In this document: positions 1 through 9,990 of the stretch, piece after piece
Layout: the number at the start of each line of letters is the position of its first letter
Position numbering within the stretch: the first letter of the stretch is position 1
Notes under the pieces: model-generated
Told to the model about the DNA's origin: nothing
Seen by the model: only the letters and a program-made list of their open reading frames with translations
Database searches by the model: none
Origin: Caulobacteraceae bacterium
GTDB taxonomy: Bacteria; Pseudomonadota; Alphaproteobacteria; Caulobacterales; Caulobacteraceae
Length of the DNA stretch: 64,000 nucleotides
Reading direction: 5' to 3'
NCBI GenBank assembly: GCA_019695035.1
Contig: JAIBAU010000006.1
Span: forward strand, 34,817-98,816
Translations under genes and position numbers: made by a program

Positions 1-143
1 AGGTGGGCGGCCGAGCACAGGCCCCACAGGATCAGGGGGATGAGGATCAGGGCGCTGAAGCGCTCCCGCCTCCACAGGCCGGCGCCGTGTTTGGCCGAGC
101 CCAGGCCCTCGACGCGTTTCCGGGGAGTCTGCAGTCCGCTCAC
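1..143 (-). CDS. sdhD: succinate dehydrogenase hydrophobic membrane anchor subunit SdhD (5' part only, runs off the window)
   Basis: Reverse-strand translation from GTG at 143 gives VSGLQTPRKRVEGLGSAKHGAGLWRRERFSALILIPLILWGLCSAAH. This matches the SdhD pattern of GSAKHG followed by a TM helix. There is a GTGA start/stop overlap with sdhC at 140-143. Confidence 0.8.
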   Translation of the reverse strand, partial: MSGLQTPRKRVEGLGSAKHGAGLWRRERFSALILIPLILWGLCSAAH

Positions 144-595
144 AGCGCCACCCTCCCGCTGATGAACAGCCAGGCCCAGAAGGCGGCGGTGGCGACGACG
201 GCGAAGACGATCGACCAGGTCGCGAGGGCGGAGGCGCTCCTGGGCGTCAGGCCATGGCCGAGGTCCCAGACCAGGTGCCGCACGCCGGCGGCGAGGTGAT
301 AGAAGGCCGCCGCGCTGAGACCGGCCCAGACCAGCAGGCCCAGGGGCGAGCTCATGATCGCCAGGAAACCGGCGTAGCACGCCGGTCCGGCCGCCAGGCA
401 GGTGAGCCAGACCGTCACGACGGCGGCGCCCGCGTAGAGCGCCACGCCCGAGGCGCGGTGCAGGATCGAGCCCAGCATGGTCACATGCCAGCGCCAGACT
501 TGCAGATGGGGAGAAAGCGGTCGGTCGGCGGGCCCTCGCGCCGGGCCTCGAACTGGGTTGCGCGGCCCTGACGAGCCCGCCTGCTCTTGGGACAT
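140..595 (-). CDS. sdhC: succinate dehydrogenase cytochrome b556 subunit SdhC
   Basis: The track ORF contains RPLSPHLQVWRWHVTMLGSILHRASGVALYAG and three hydrophobic helices, typical of SdhC. It lies directly upstream of sdhD. Confidence 0.9.
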   Translation of the reverse strand: MSQEQAGSSGPRNPVRGPARGPADRPLSPHLQVWRWHVTMLGSILHRASGVALYAGAAVVTVWLTCLAAGPACYAGFLAIMSSPLGLLVWAGLSAAAFYHLAAGVRHLVWDLGHGLTPRSASALATWSIVFAVVATAAFWAWLFISGRVAL

Positions 596-811
596 GGGTC
601 CGGATACCTCCGTCGAGGCGGACGCCCGCCCCGGGTGCGCCCGGTTTTAGTCCGCAGCCGCCGCCTGTCAATGAAGCCCTTCGCCGGGCAGGGATTTCGC
701 GCATGGCGAGAATCGGTTCGGGCTGCGATCGAGCCTTCCGGGGGCGCCGCCTTGCACCCCGGGGCGGCGCGAAATAGCAATGCTTTCCCCGGCCCGAGGA
801 GCCAAGCCGCC

Positions 812-1516
812 TTGTCGATCGCGCCCGTCATCGTCCTGATCGCCGCCCTGGCCCAGGCTCCGGGCGACTCAGGCGCGCCCGCGGTGACTCCGGCGGCGAC
901 TCCGGCCCCGGCCGACGCGGACGCCGACGACGAGGATCCTGCGCCGCCGACGCCCAGCGCGCCGATTCCCTACGCGGCTCCGCCCAGCGTGCGCCCCTTC
1001 GAGCCGCCGGCGGTCCTGCCGGACGGGCCCGTGCCCTATCTTCCGGGCGCCAACGACCGCATCCCCGACACCCCGGTGACCGTGGACAACTACCACCGCA
1101 GCTACGAGGCTGCGCCGGACGCCGGCGAGCGCAGCTACCAGGCCGGGATCAAGCGCAACTTCGACGCCCAGCAGGTGCGCATGGGGCCGCTGGACGGCGG
1201 CTGGACGGTGCGCACCCAGGGCGGAGCCGGGTTCATGGCCCTGATGCTGTCGGACTCGGGACGCGCGGACCAGGAGATCGAGGGGGCTTGGCGCAGCCTC
1301 GGCGCGCGGGGCGGGGGCCGCCACTCCGGCTTCCTGCTCTCGGTCTCGCGCGAGGGCCGGACGCTGGTGCTGCGCTGGTACGCTTCGGACGAGACCGGCA
1401 ACATCACCGTGATGCGGCTCAATCCGACCTCGGACGGCAAGTGGGTCGGCGAGGTGCGGGCCGGCGACGTGGAATTCCCCGTCACCATGCAGCGGACGCC
1501 GGGGCCGCAGGGCTAG
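812..1516 (+). CDS. hypothetical secreted protein with a Pro/Ala/Asp-rich N-terminal region
   Basis: This is the 3' part of track ORF 587..1516, with strong G/C third-position bias. The proposed start is TTG at 812, preceded by GAGGAG at 796-801, giving the signal-like peptide SIAPVIVLIAALAQA. In-frame ATG 671 is an alternative start. Confidence 0.5.
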   Translation: MSIAPVIVLIAALAQAPGDSGAPAVTPAATPAPADADADDEDPAPPTPSAPIPYAAPPSVRPFEPPAVLPDGPVPYLPGANDRIPDTPVTVDNYHRSYEAAPDAGERSYQAGIKRNFDAQQVRMGPLDGGWTVRTQGGAGFMALMLSDSGRADQEIEGAWRSLGARGGGRHSGFLLSVSREGRTLVLRWYASDETGNITVMRLNPTSDGKWVGEVRAGDVEFPVTMQRTPGPQG

Positions 1517-1962
1517 GGGGCGTCCGCGTCGGGATCCCCGAGGGCGCCGAGCGCCGAACAGACCGCGCCGACAGCCAGCGACAGCTCCTCGCCGTAGGGG
1601 GAGGCTTCGCCGACGTTCCACACCGGCCGCGGCCAGGCCGGATCGTCGGCGCGACGGCCGATGACGTGCACGTGCAGTTGCGCCACCACATTGCCCAACG
1701 CCGCCACGTTGGTCTTCTCGGGCAGGCGGCCGAAGGTGGCGCCCAGCGCCAGCACCGCCTCGTCGGCGGCGACGACCTCTTCCATCAGCCGGGCGCGCTG
1801 GTCGGCCGACAGGTCGGTGAGCTCGCTCGCGTCCTCGACGCGGGGGATCAGCAGCAGCCAGGGCCAGCGTTCGTCGTTCATGATGCGCACCTGGCAGAGC
1901 GTCAGGTCGCAGGCGAAGACGGAGTCGCGTTCGAGTCGGGAATCGAGGGTGAAGCCGGTCAT
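1513..1962 (-). CDS. HIT family protein (histidine triad hydrolase)
   Basis: These are the C-terminal 149 aa of track ORF 1513..2619, starting at MTGFTLDSRL. The histidine triad LHVHVIGR is present. The upstream part of the ORF is antisense to mdh. Confidence 0.85.
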   Translation of the reverse strand: MTGFTLDSRLERDSVFACDLTLCQVRIMNDERWPWLLLIPRVEDASELTDLSADQRARLMEEVVAADEAVLALGATFGRLPEKTNVAALGNVVAQLHVHVIGRRADDPAWPRPVWNVGEASPYGEELSLAVGAVCSALGALGDPDADAP

Positions 1963-2040
1963 CGTCCTCAGGTGGCGGAGCGGCGGCCCGAGGGCAAGGG
2001 CGAGACCCCAGACCTTGCCCCTGGGCGCGACGAGGGCTAG

Positions 2041-3054
<1,014 letters not shown>

Positions 3055-3075
3055 TCTTCTCGCAAGCGGGAGGGG

Positions 3076-5142
3076 TCACCAGATCCGGACCCGGTCCTCG
3101 GGCTTCAGGTACAGCGCCTCGCCCGGCTTCACGCCGAACGCCGCGTACCAGGCGTCGATGTTGCGCACCGGTCCGTTGACGCGGAATTGCCTCGGCGAGT
3201 GCGGGTCGCTGGCCACCAGCCTGCGCATGGCGTCGTCGCGGAGCTGGCCGCGCCAGGCCTGGGCCCAGCCCAGGAAGACCCGCTGTTCGCCGGTGTAGCC
3301 GTCCAGCACCGGGGCCGGCTTGCCCTTGAGCGAGGCGCGATAGGCGTCCAGCGCCATCACCACCCCGCCCAGGTCGGCGATGTTCTCGCCCATGGTCAGG
3401 TCCGGGTTCACGCGCACGCCGGGGAGGGGTTCGTAGGCCGCATACTGTGCGCCCAGCCGCCTGGCCCTCGCCTCGAAGGCGGCAGCGTCCTCGGGCGCCC
3501 ACCAGTCGCGCAGCTTGCCCTCGGCGTCGTACTTGCGGCCCTGGTCGTCGAAGCCGTGCGTGATCTCATGGCCGATCACCGCGCCGACGGCGCCGTAGTT
3601 GACGGCGTCGTCCGCATTCAGGTCGAAGATCGGCGGCGTCAGGATCGCGGCGGGGAAGACGATGTCGTTGAACGAGCCGTTGTAGGCGTTGTTCATCTGA
3701 GGGGTCATGAACCACTCGGTGCGGTCGACGGGGCCGGTCAGGCGACCGGCGCGCTTGCGCCATTCCGCCTGCGCCAGACGCAGCACGTCGCCGTAGAGAT
3801 CATCCTTGCGGATCACCACGGACTCGTAGGTCGGCGCGTGCTCGGGATAGCCGACCCGCACGGTGATGGCGTCCAGCTTCTTCAGCGCCTCGGCGCGCGT
3901 GGCCGGGCTCATCCAGTCGAGGGTCTGCAGGCGGGCCCGGAATGCGGCCTTCAGGTCCACCACCATGGCCTCGACCCGAGCCTTGGCCTGGGGGGGGAAG
4001 TAGCGGGCGGTATAGGCGCGCCCGACCGCCCAACCCATGTTGCCGAACAGGTCCGCGCGGCTGAAGCTCTGCCCGTCCCCGCCGGCGACGCCGCGCACGG
4101 CGCGCTTCCAGCGCGCCTCCTGCTGCTCCTGACCGGACAGGGCGCGGCCGTAGAAATCGAAGGACGCCTGGGTGAAGGGCGACGACAGGTAGGGCGCGGC
4201 GTTATCGACCAGGCGCAGCACGCCCCAGGCCTGCAGAACCCGCTCGGGCGTCCGGGCGTAGATGGCCGCGAGCCGGGGGAAGGCGGTGTTCTCGGCCACG
4301 ACGACGCGCTGGGCGCCCGAGAGGCCGGCGCCCTCGAGGAAGGCGCGCCAGGGGAACCCGGGGGCGGCCTGCTCCAGTTCCGCCACGGTCATGGCATTGT
4401 AGGTCTTGTCGGCGTCGCGCTGCTCGGCCTTGGACCAGCTGGCTTCGGCGATGGCGGTCTCCAGCGCCAGGATGTCGTTGGCGCGCGCCTCGGCGTCGGG
4501 CCAGCCGGCGAGCGTGAGGGCCCTGGCCGCGTGCGCCCGGAAGGCCGCCTTCTGCTCGGCGAACCTCGGGTCGATGTAGTAGTCGCGGTCCGGCAGGCTG
4601 AGCCCCGACTGGCCGAGCAGCACGGCGTAGTGGTCGGTGTCCTTCACGTCGAGCGCGACGTCGACGCCGAACAGGGAGCCGTGGAAGCTTTCGTTGCCGG
4701 TCCCCATGAGCCGGGCCAGGGCCTCGCGGGTGGTCGCCGCCTTCAGCGCCGCCAGGTCCGGCTGCAGGGGAGCGGCGCCCAGCGCCTCGACCCGGGCCTC
4801 GTCCATGAAGGCGGCGTAGAGGGCGCCAAACTTCCCTTCCTCGTCGGTGGGCTGCATCGGCGCCCGGGCGGCGGCCTGCTCGACGATCTGACGGATCTGC
4901 CCCTGCACCCGCTCGGCCGACTGCAGGCGCGGGCTGAAGCTCGGCCGGTCGGCGGGGATGACCAGGGTGTCCTGATAGCGGCCGTTGGCGAAGAAGAAGA
5001 AATTGTCGCCCGGCTTGATGGCCGTGTTTCGTCCGGCGAGGTCGAAGCCCCAGGTTCCGAAGAAGGGCGCGTCCGCCGCCATGGCCGGTGCCGTCACAAG
5101 GGCCGCAGCACAGAGCAGCGCCGCTCGCCAATCCATTCGCAT
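3076..5142 (-). CDS. M13 family zinc metallopeptidase (PepO / endothelin-converting-enzyme-like), secreted
   Basis: HEITHGFDDQG zinc motif, ENIADLGG motif, and the C-terminal sequence NGPVRNIDAWYAAFGV...VRIW. The start is set at MRMDWRAALLCAAALVTAPAMA (signal peptide), which is internal to the track ORF. Confidence 0.92.
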   Translation of the reverse strand: MRMDWRAALLCAAALVTAPAMAADAPFFGTWGFDLAGRNTAIKPGDNFFFFANGRYQDTLVIPADRPSFSPRLQSAERVQGQIRQIVEQAAARAPMQPTDEEGKFGALYAAFMDEARVEALGAAPLQPDLAALKAATTREALARLMGTGNESFHGSLFGVDVALDVKDTDHYAVLLGQSGLSLPDRDYYIDPRFAEQKAAFRAHAARALTLAGWPDAEARANDILALETAIAEASWSKAEQRDADKTYNAMTVAELEQAAPGFPWRAFLEGAGLSGAQRVVVAENTAFPRLAAIYARTPERVLQAWGVLRLVDNAAPYLSSPFTQASFDFYGRALSGQEQQEARWKRAVRGVAGGDGQSFSRADLFGNMGWAVGRAYTARYFPPQAKARVEAMVVDLKAAFRARLQTLDWMSPATRAEALKKLDAITVRVGYPEHAPTYESVVIRKDDLYGDVLRLAQAEWRKRAGRLTGPVDRTEWFMTPQMNNAYNGSFNDIVFPAAILTPPIFDLNADDAVNYGAVGAVIGHEITHGFDDQGRKYDAEGKLRDWWAPEDAAAFEARARRLGAQYAAYEPLPGVRVNPDLTMGENIADLGGVVMALDAYRASLKGKPAPVLDGYTGEQRVFLGWAQAWRGQLRDDAMRRLVASDPHSPRQFRVNGPVRNIDAWYAAFGVKPGEALYLKPEDRVRIW

Positions 5143-5297
5143 GCCGATAACTCCGCCCGACCGTGTAAAGCCTTCCGCCGCCACACAATCAGGCGGGTGG
5201 CTGCTCCGCAAGGGCGGCCGGCCGGCGCCTCCCGCTGTTCATTGCGCGCGACCGGAGGCGGGCGTAGCGTCCTTGCCGTCTAAGGGAGGGACTTCTC

Positions 5298-5729
5298 ATG
5301 ACAGTCGTCCGCACCATCGCCGCCGCCGGCCTGATCGCGGCGGCCGCGTCCCTGGCGCCCATGCCGGGGACGCCGAGCAGCGCCGCCGCGGCGACCACCC
5401 GCTGTTCGGCCTACCAGCCGGGCGCCCGGACGCCCGAGCGTCGCCAGCTGATGGAGAACCTGGTGGCGGCCATCAACCGCTCGCCCCACGCCGGGACCCA
5501 GTACGCCGTCAAGCGCCTGTGGCTGTCCTGCGACTACGCGCGGGTGCAGTTGCGCAACAAGGGCGGGCGAAACGGTCGGTCCGACGCGCCGGCGGTGCTC
5601 GACGCCCTGATGCGCAAGGTCAATGGCGAGTGGACCTACGACATGTTCGCCGACCCCGCGGGCGGGCCCGCAGGCCAGCAGTACCTGGCCCGGCACCCGG
5701 ATATGCCGTCGGCTCTGGTCTACTGGTAG
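5298..5729 (+). CDS. hypothetical secreted protein (paralogue A of a tandem pair)
   Basis: 143 aa with the signal peptide MTVVRTIAAAGLIAAAASLAPMPG. It shares the motifs CDYARV, DALM.K..G.WT and AGQQY.AR with the next gene. Confidence 0.7.
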   Translation: MTVVRTIAAAGLIAAAASLAPMPGTPSSAAAATTRCSAYQPGARTPERRQLMENLVAAINRSPHAGTQYAVKRLWLSCDYARVQLRNKGGRNGRSDAPAVLDALMRKVNGEWTYDMFADPAGGPAGQQYLARHPDMPSALVYW

Positions 5730-5798
5730 GGAGGCCGGTGGCGGTTTGACCCGCCCCCGCCGCTTCCATAACGTCGGTCTCCGATACGGAGATCGCCC

Positions 5799-6251
5799 AT
5801 GTCCGCCCTTGCCCGTCCCTGGATCCTGCTGACCGCCGCAACCCTCGCGCTCGCGGGGTGCAAGCCTGCCCCGGCCGGCCAGGAGGCGACGCCCCCCGCG
5901 CCGCCCCCCGCGGTGGAGCCGGTCGTCTGCACGGTCTCCCAGCCCGCCAACGGCTCGCCCGAGCGGGTCGCTGTTCTCGACGCCCTGCGGCCCGCCGTGG
6001 AGCAGATGACCGGCAAGCCGGTGGAGTTCGTGGTGACTCGTCTGGACGTCGCCTGCGACTACGCCCGGGTGGTGGCGGATCCGCGGGCCAAGGCCGGGAC
6101 CGACCGGTACGAGACGATCGACGCCCTGATGGTGCGCAAGGATGGAGCCTGGACCCTGGGTCTCATGGCCGCCGGAGAAGAAGATTCGCCGCCAGCGGGC
6201 CAACAATACCGGGCCAGGTATGCCGATGTGCCTGCGGCCCTCGCCGACTGA
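5799..6251 (+). CDS. hypothetical lipoprotein (paralogue B of a tandem pair)
   Basis: 150 aa with the lipobox LALAGC. It is homologous along its length to the 5298..5729 product. Confidence 0.7.
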   Translation: MSALARPWILLTAATLALAGCKPAPAGQEATPPAPPPAVEPVVCTVSQPANGSPERVAVLDALRPAVEQMTGKPVEFVVTRLDVACDYARVVADPRAKAGTDRYETIDALMVRKDGAWTLGLMAAGEEDSPPAGQQYRARYADVPAALAD

Positions 6252-6259
6252 GGGCGGCT

Positions 6260-6919
6260 CTAGCGGGGGGACGCGGCGGCCCGCTTGGCGTTGACGATGC
6301 GGCGCATGCGCCGGATGCGGTCCCGCGTGTTGGCGCGGTTGAGGACCGGGAACCAGGTGTTCAGCGGCACGAAGTTCTTCTCGCCCATGCCGTCGATCAG
6401 CACGAGCCGCTCGCCGTGCTCCCCGTCGAAGCCGAGCACTACATTGCCCATGTGCAGATCACCGACGATGATCGGCGTGGACAGCAGCCAGGCCTCGAAC
6501 TCGTCCAGCATGGCTTCGATGTCGGGGCCGAAGCGGCCTTCCTTGACGATCGTCCGCAGAGTCTCGGCGTAGCGGCCGTCGCGACCGCGCACGGCGCGCA
6601 CCACCACTCCGACGCCCTGGGTGGTCTCGACCAGGCCGACGAACTCCTGGACGTGGCGCCCGGGTTTCACGCCGGCGTTGCGCAGCGCCAGGTGCTCCAT
6701 GATCACCCGCGACGCCCCCGTGAGCGCGCCCAGGCGGCGCAACCGCTTGATCGCGCCGCGCAGGCCGGTCCAGCGTTCGGCCACGAAGTTCGGCCGCACC
6801 ACCTTGATCAGCAGGTCCTCGCGCCCCGGATAGGGGTAGACCTTCTGCAGGCTGCCGCTGGCGGAGGCCTGGCCGCCCAGGTCGAGCACCTGGTCCGCGC
6901 GCTGAAAGTGGTCCGGCAT
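6260..6919 (-). CDS. YrbL family (PhoP regulatory network) kinase-fold protein
   Basis: These are the C-terminal 219 aa of track ORF 6260..7495, starting at MPDHFQRAD. The pattern QKVYPYPGREDLLIKV ... IIVGDLHMGNVV ... LIDG resembles the YrbL atypical-kinase family. Confidence 0.7.
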   Translation of the reverse strand: MPDHFQRADQVLDLGGQASASGSLQKVYPYPGREDLLIKVVRPNFVAERWTGLRGAIKRLRRLGALTGASRVIMEHLALRNAGVKPGRHVQEFVGLVETTQGVGVVVRAVRGRDGRYAETLRTIVKEGRFGPDIEAMLDEFEAWLLSTPIIVGDLHMGNVVLGFDGEHGERLVLIDGMGEKNFVPLNTWFPVLNRANTRDRIRRMRRIVNAKRAAASPR

Positions 6920-6982
6920 GGGTGCGAGCCTCGCAGAGTTCGCGCATTGCGCAAGCGGCGGCGATCCGGCAACAGCTTGGCC

Positions 6983-7552
6983 ATGGCAATGCTCAAGACC
7001 CCCGACGCAGCGGACCAGGCTCCCGGCCCGGTCCTGGAGACCGACCGCCTGATCCTGCGCCCCCCGGCGCTGACGGACTTCGAACCTTGGTGCGAGATGA
7101 TGCGCGACGCGGAGACGGCCCGCTTCATCGGCGGGGTCCAGGCCCCGAGCCAGGTATGGCGCTCGCTGATGGGGATGGCCGGATCCTGGACGCTGCATGG
7201 CTGGGCCATGTTTTCGGTCATCGAGAAGGAGACGGGCCGCTGGCTGGGCCGGCTGGGCCCGTGGACGCCGCACGGGTGGCCGGGCACCGAGGTCGGTTGG
7301 GGCCTGACCCGGGCGGCGACGGGCAAGGGTTACGCGACAGAGGGCGCGACGGCGGCGATCGACTGGGCCTTCGACAATCTGGGCTGGACCGAGGTCATCC
7401 ACTGCATCGATCCGGACAACACGCCCTCGGCCCGCGTCGCGCAGCGGCTTGGGTCGCAGAACCGCGGACCGGGACGCATGCCCGAACCCTTCCACGAAAT
7501 GCCGGTCGACATCTGGGGTCAGTCCCGCGAAGCGTGGCGGGCCCGCCGCTGA
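6983..7552 (+). CDS. GNAT family N-acetyltransferase (RimJ/RimL-like)
   Basis: Starts at MAMLKTPD. It contains LETDRLILRPP, GWGLTRAATGKGYATE and NTPSARVAQRLG, typical of the RimJ/L subgroup. The N-terminal part of track ORF 5858..7552 is antisense to the yrbL-like gene. Confidence 0.85.
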   Translation: MAMLKTPDAADQAPGPVLETDRLILRPPALTDFEPWCEMMRDAETARFIGGVQAPSQVWRSLMGMAGSWTLHGWAMFSVIEKETGRWLGRLGPWTPHGWPGTEVGWGLTRAATGKGYATEGATAAIDWAFDNLGWTEVIHCIDPDNTPSARVAQRLGSQNRGPGRMPEPFHEMPVDIWGQSREAWRARR

Positions 7553-7561
7553 CCCCGGGGG

Positions 7562-8344
7562 TCAGTACCAGCCTTCGGCCCGCAGGGCCCGGGCGAAGGT
7601 GCGGCTGACCGGGGCCCGGGCGCCATTCCTGAGGACGAAGGTGGCGCGGCCGTCGCCGCGTTCGACCTCGGCCACGGCGTCGCGCGCGACCCACCAGGAC
7701 CGGTGGGTCTGGGCCCCCTCGATGCCCTCCAGCTCGCCGATCGCGTCCGACAATCGCATGAGGATGAGGTCCGAGCCGCGGTCGGTGTGCAGGCGCAGGT
7801 AGTGGTCCTCGGCCTCGACGGCGTAGAGCGTCGCGCCGCGCAACCGGTGCGGAATGCGATCGAGAAACCGGGGCGGGGCCGAGCCGGCCGGGCCGGCGTG
7901 GGTTTCGCGCGGGCGCCGGTCCGCCATGTAGTTGATCGCGGTCATGATCACCGAGACCAGGGCGACCGGACCGATTGGACCGACCAGGCTCTGCAGGCTC
8001 CAGGAGCCGCGGAAGAGGGTGTTGGAAGCCAGCCAGACGATCAGCGTCAGCGGCGGGGTGATCAGGGCGGTGACGACGAGGCAGGCCAGCCAGGGACGGG
8101 CCGCGAATCGCGCCGAGCCGAACACCCGCCGGGCGATGCCGCCGCCTACCAGGGTTCCGGCCAGCATGACCGCCAGCCAGTAGGCCAGGCGGGTGCTGAA
8201 CGGCAGGGCGTCGGACTCGAAGGCGCCGGACAGGGCCAGGAACAGGCTGGCCAGCCCACAGATGACGAGCCCGCGCAACAGGTTGCCCAGACCATCCCAG
8301 ACGGGGGTCGGTGCGGACGGGGATGCGGGTCGGGGCTCGCTCAC
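7562..8344 (-). CDS. membrane-anchored LytTR-domain DNA-binding protein
   Basis: 260 aa. About four N-terminal TM helices are followed by a LytTR domain (YAVEAEDHYLRLHTDRGSDLILMRLSDAIGEL...THRSWWV). Confidence 0.8.
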   Translation of the reverse strand: MSEPRPASPSAPTPVWDGLGNLLRGLVICGLASLFLALSGAFESDALPFSTRLAYWLAVMLAGTLVGGGIARRVFGSARFAARPWLACLVVTALITPPLTLIVWLASNTLFRGSWSLQSLVGPIGPVALVSVIMTAINYMADRRPRETHAGPAGSAPPRFLDRIPHRLRGATLYAVEAEDHYLRLHTDRGSDLILMRLSDAIGELEGIEGAQTHRSWWVARDAVAEVERGDGRATFVLRNGARAPVSRTFARALRAEGWY

Positions 8345-8514
8345 CCGCCACTCAATTCCATGATTGCGCCCGCGAATGAAGGGGGCGGGCGCGGTCGTTC
8401 ACGCTTCGCGAACGGCGGCGGCCCGTCGTCCGCGAATTGCCGGCGGCGATCCACGCAGGCGCGCTGTTTCCGGCGGCCGGGATGGGCAGGGTGGAGGCGC
8501 TCAAGGAGGACCCC

Positions 8515-9066
8515 GTGACCCACGCCGCTGTCTCGCACCCTGGAAGATCCAGTCTATTCGCTCGCCTGTTCCCTGTCCTGCTCGTACTCGCGCTCGCCGG
8601 GGCGGCCGTCTGGATGGCGCTCGGGGACTCCCTGCCTTCGCCTGCGCCGGTCCGGCTCCGGCCGCACCTGCCCGACCCGGCGGTGCTGCGCGAGACTCCC
8701 CTCGCGGTTCAGATCCACCTGGCCGCGGCGCTGGGAGCCTTCATGCTGGGCCTGGCCCAGTTCGCCCTGCCCAAGGGAACCGGGCTGCACCGGACCCTGG
8801 GCTGGACCTGGGTGCTTCTGATCGGCGCCGCCGCCGTCAGTTCGCTTTTCATCCGTTACCTGAACCACGGGGCTTTCAGCCTGATCCACATCCTGTCGGC
8901 CTGGACGCTGGTGGTGTTGCCCATGGCGGTCTACGCCGTCCGCCGTGGCGACATCCGCACCCACCGCAACCGCATGACCGGCCTTTTCATCGGCGGGCTG
9001 CTGATCGCGGGCGTGCTGGCCGTCGCACCCGGTCGGTTGATGTGGCGGCTGTTCCTCGGCGACTAG
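8515..9066 (+). CDS. DUF2306-type integral membrane protein
   Basis: Part of track ORF 8437..9066. The start is set at GTG 8515, preceded by AAGGAGGA at 8503-8510. The protein has multiple TM helices and ends in the RRGDIRTHRNRM...GRL pattern. Confidence 0.65.
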   Translation: MTHAAVSHPGRSSLFARLFPVLLVLALAGAAVWMALGDSLPSPAPVRLRPHLPDPAVLRETPLAVQIHLAAALGAFMLGLAQFALPKGTGLHRTLGWTWVLLIGAAAVSSLFIRYLNHGAFSLIHILSAWTLVVLPMAVYAVRRGDIRTHRNRMTGLFIGGLLIAGVLAVAPGRLMWRLFLGD

Positions 9067-9070
9067 GCGG

Positions 9071-9793
9071 CTAGTTGCGCGCGCACAGGGCCCGGAAGCC
9101 GGCGGCGGCGAACCGGGCCATGTTGTCGTAGGCCGTCGGCAGGTCGCCCGACCGGCAGACGCCCCCCGACAGGCGATCCAGGCGGCCAGTCTCGCCCAGG
9201 GTCAGGGTCAGGGCGCCGGAGAGGTTGTGATAGGCCCAGAACAGGGCCTCGCCCGGCGCGCCGGGCATGGCTCTCTTCAGCAGTTCGATCATCCGGTAGA
9301 CCACCGGGTCGAAGTAGCGGGTCATGGTCTCGCCGCCCCAGACCGGGTTGGCGTTGGCCTGGGCGACCAGAGCGAAATAGTGCTTCCAGCCGGGCCCGCC
9401 CTTCTCGCCCCACTCGAGGGTCATCTGCAGGAAGGCGTTGATGACGCCCTCGACCGTCAGGTCGTCCCCGGCTTCCCGCTCGTAGCGCTCCAGCGCCGCC
9501 ATGCGGTCGGCGTTGAGGATTTCTGCGCGCCGCAGGAAGACCGCATCGAACAGGCCCCGCTTGGCGCCGAAGTAGTAGTGCACCAGGGCGGTGTCGACGC
9601 CGGCTTCGCGCGCCACCTCGCGGATGGTGACGCCGTAGAAGCCGTGCTTCGAGAACAGGTCCTCGGCCACGTCGAGGATCGTCTCCGAGGTGTCCGGAGC
9701 CTGAGCCCGCTTGGGAGGCCGGCCGCGCCGGGCCGGGGCCTTGCGGGAGTCGACTCCCGCGGTGTTGAGGGCGGTCTGGGGCTTCGGATCCAA
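9071..9793 (-). CDS. TetR/AcrR family transcriptional regulator
   Basis: 240 aa with the N-terminal HTH ILDVAEDLFSKHGFYGVTIREVAREAGVDTALVHYYFG. Confidence 0.9.
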   Translation of the reverse strand: MDPKPQTALNTAGVDSRKAPARRGRPPKRAQAPDTSETILDVAEDLFSKHGFYGVTIREVAREAGVDTALVHYYFGAKRGLFDAVFLRRAEILNADRMAALERYEREAGDDLTVEGVINAFLQMTLEWGEKGGPGWKHYFALVAQANANPVWGGETMTRYFDPVVYRMIELLKRAMPGAPGEALFWAYHNLSGALTLTLGETGRLDRLSGGVCRSGDLPTAYDNMARFAAAGFRALCARN

Positions 9794-9990
9794 GGGCGAC
9801 TCCTTACTCGAAGCTTAACCGTGTGTGGCCAGAAGTCACACCTGCGGCCAAATCCGCGCCTTTTCATGACTGAACGTTTGACACTTATCCGGTCAAGGCT
9901 CAGGTTCCGATTAATCACCAACCGCTGAATTAATGCGGTGGGGATTGGAAACGTCTGGGGACGCAGCCTCGCGCCCCGCAGGAGGGATAG

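Noticed and set aside
5858-7552. A 564-aa plus-strand ORF spanning the lipoprotein, yrbL-like and GNAT region.
   Set aside because: Only the last 189 aa, from ATG 6983, resemble a GNAT acetyltransferase. The upstream part is antisense to the yrbL-like gene and has a junk-like composition.
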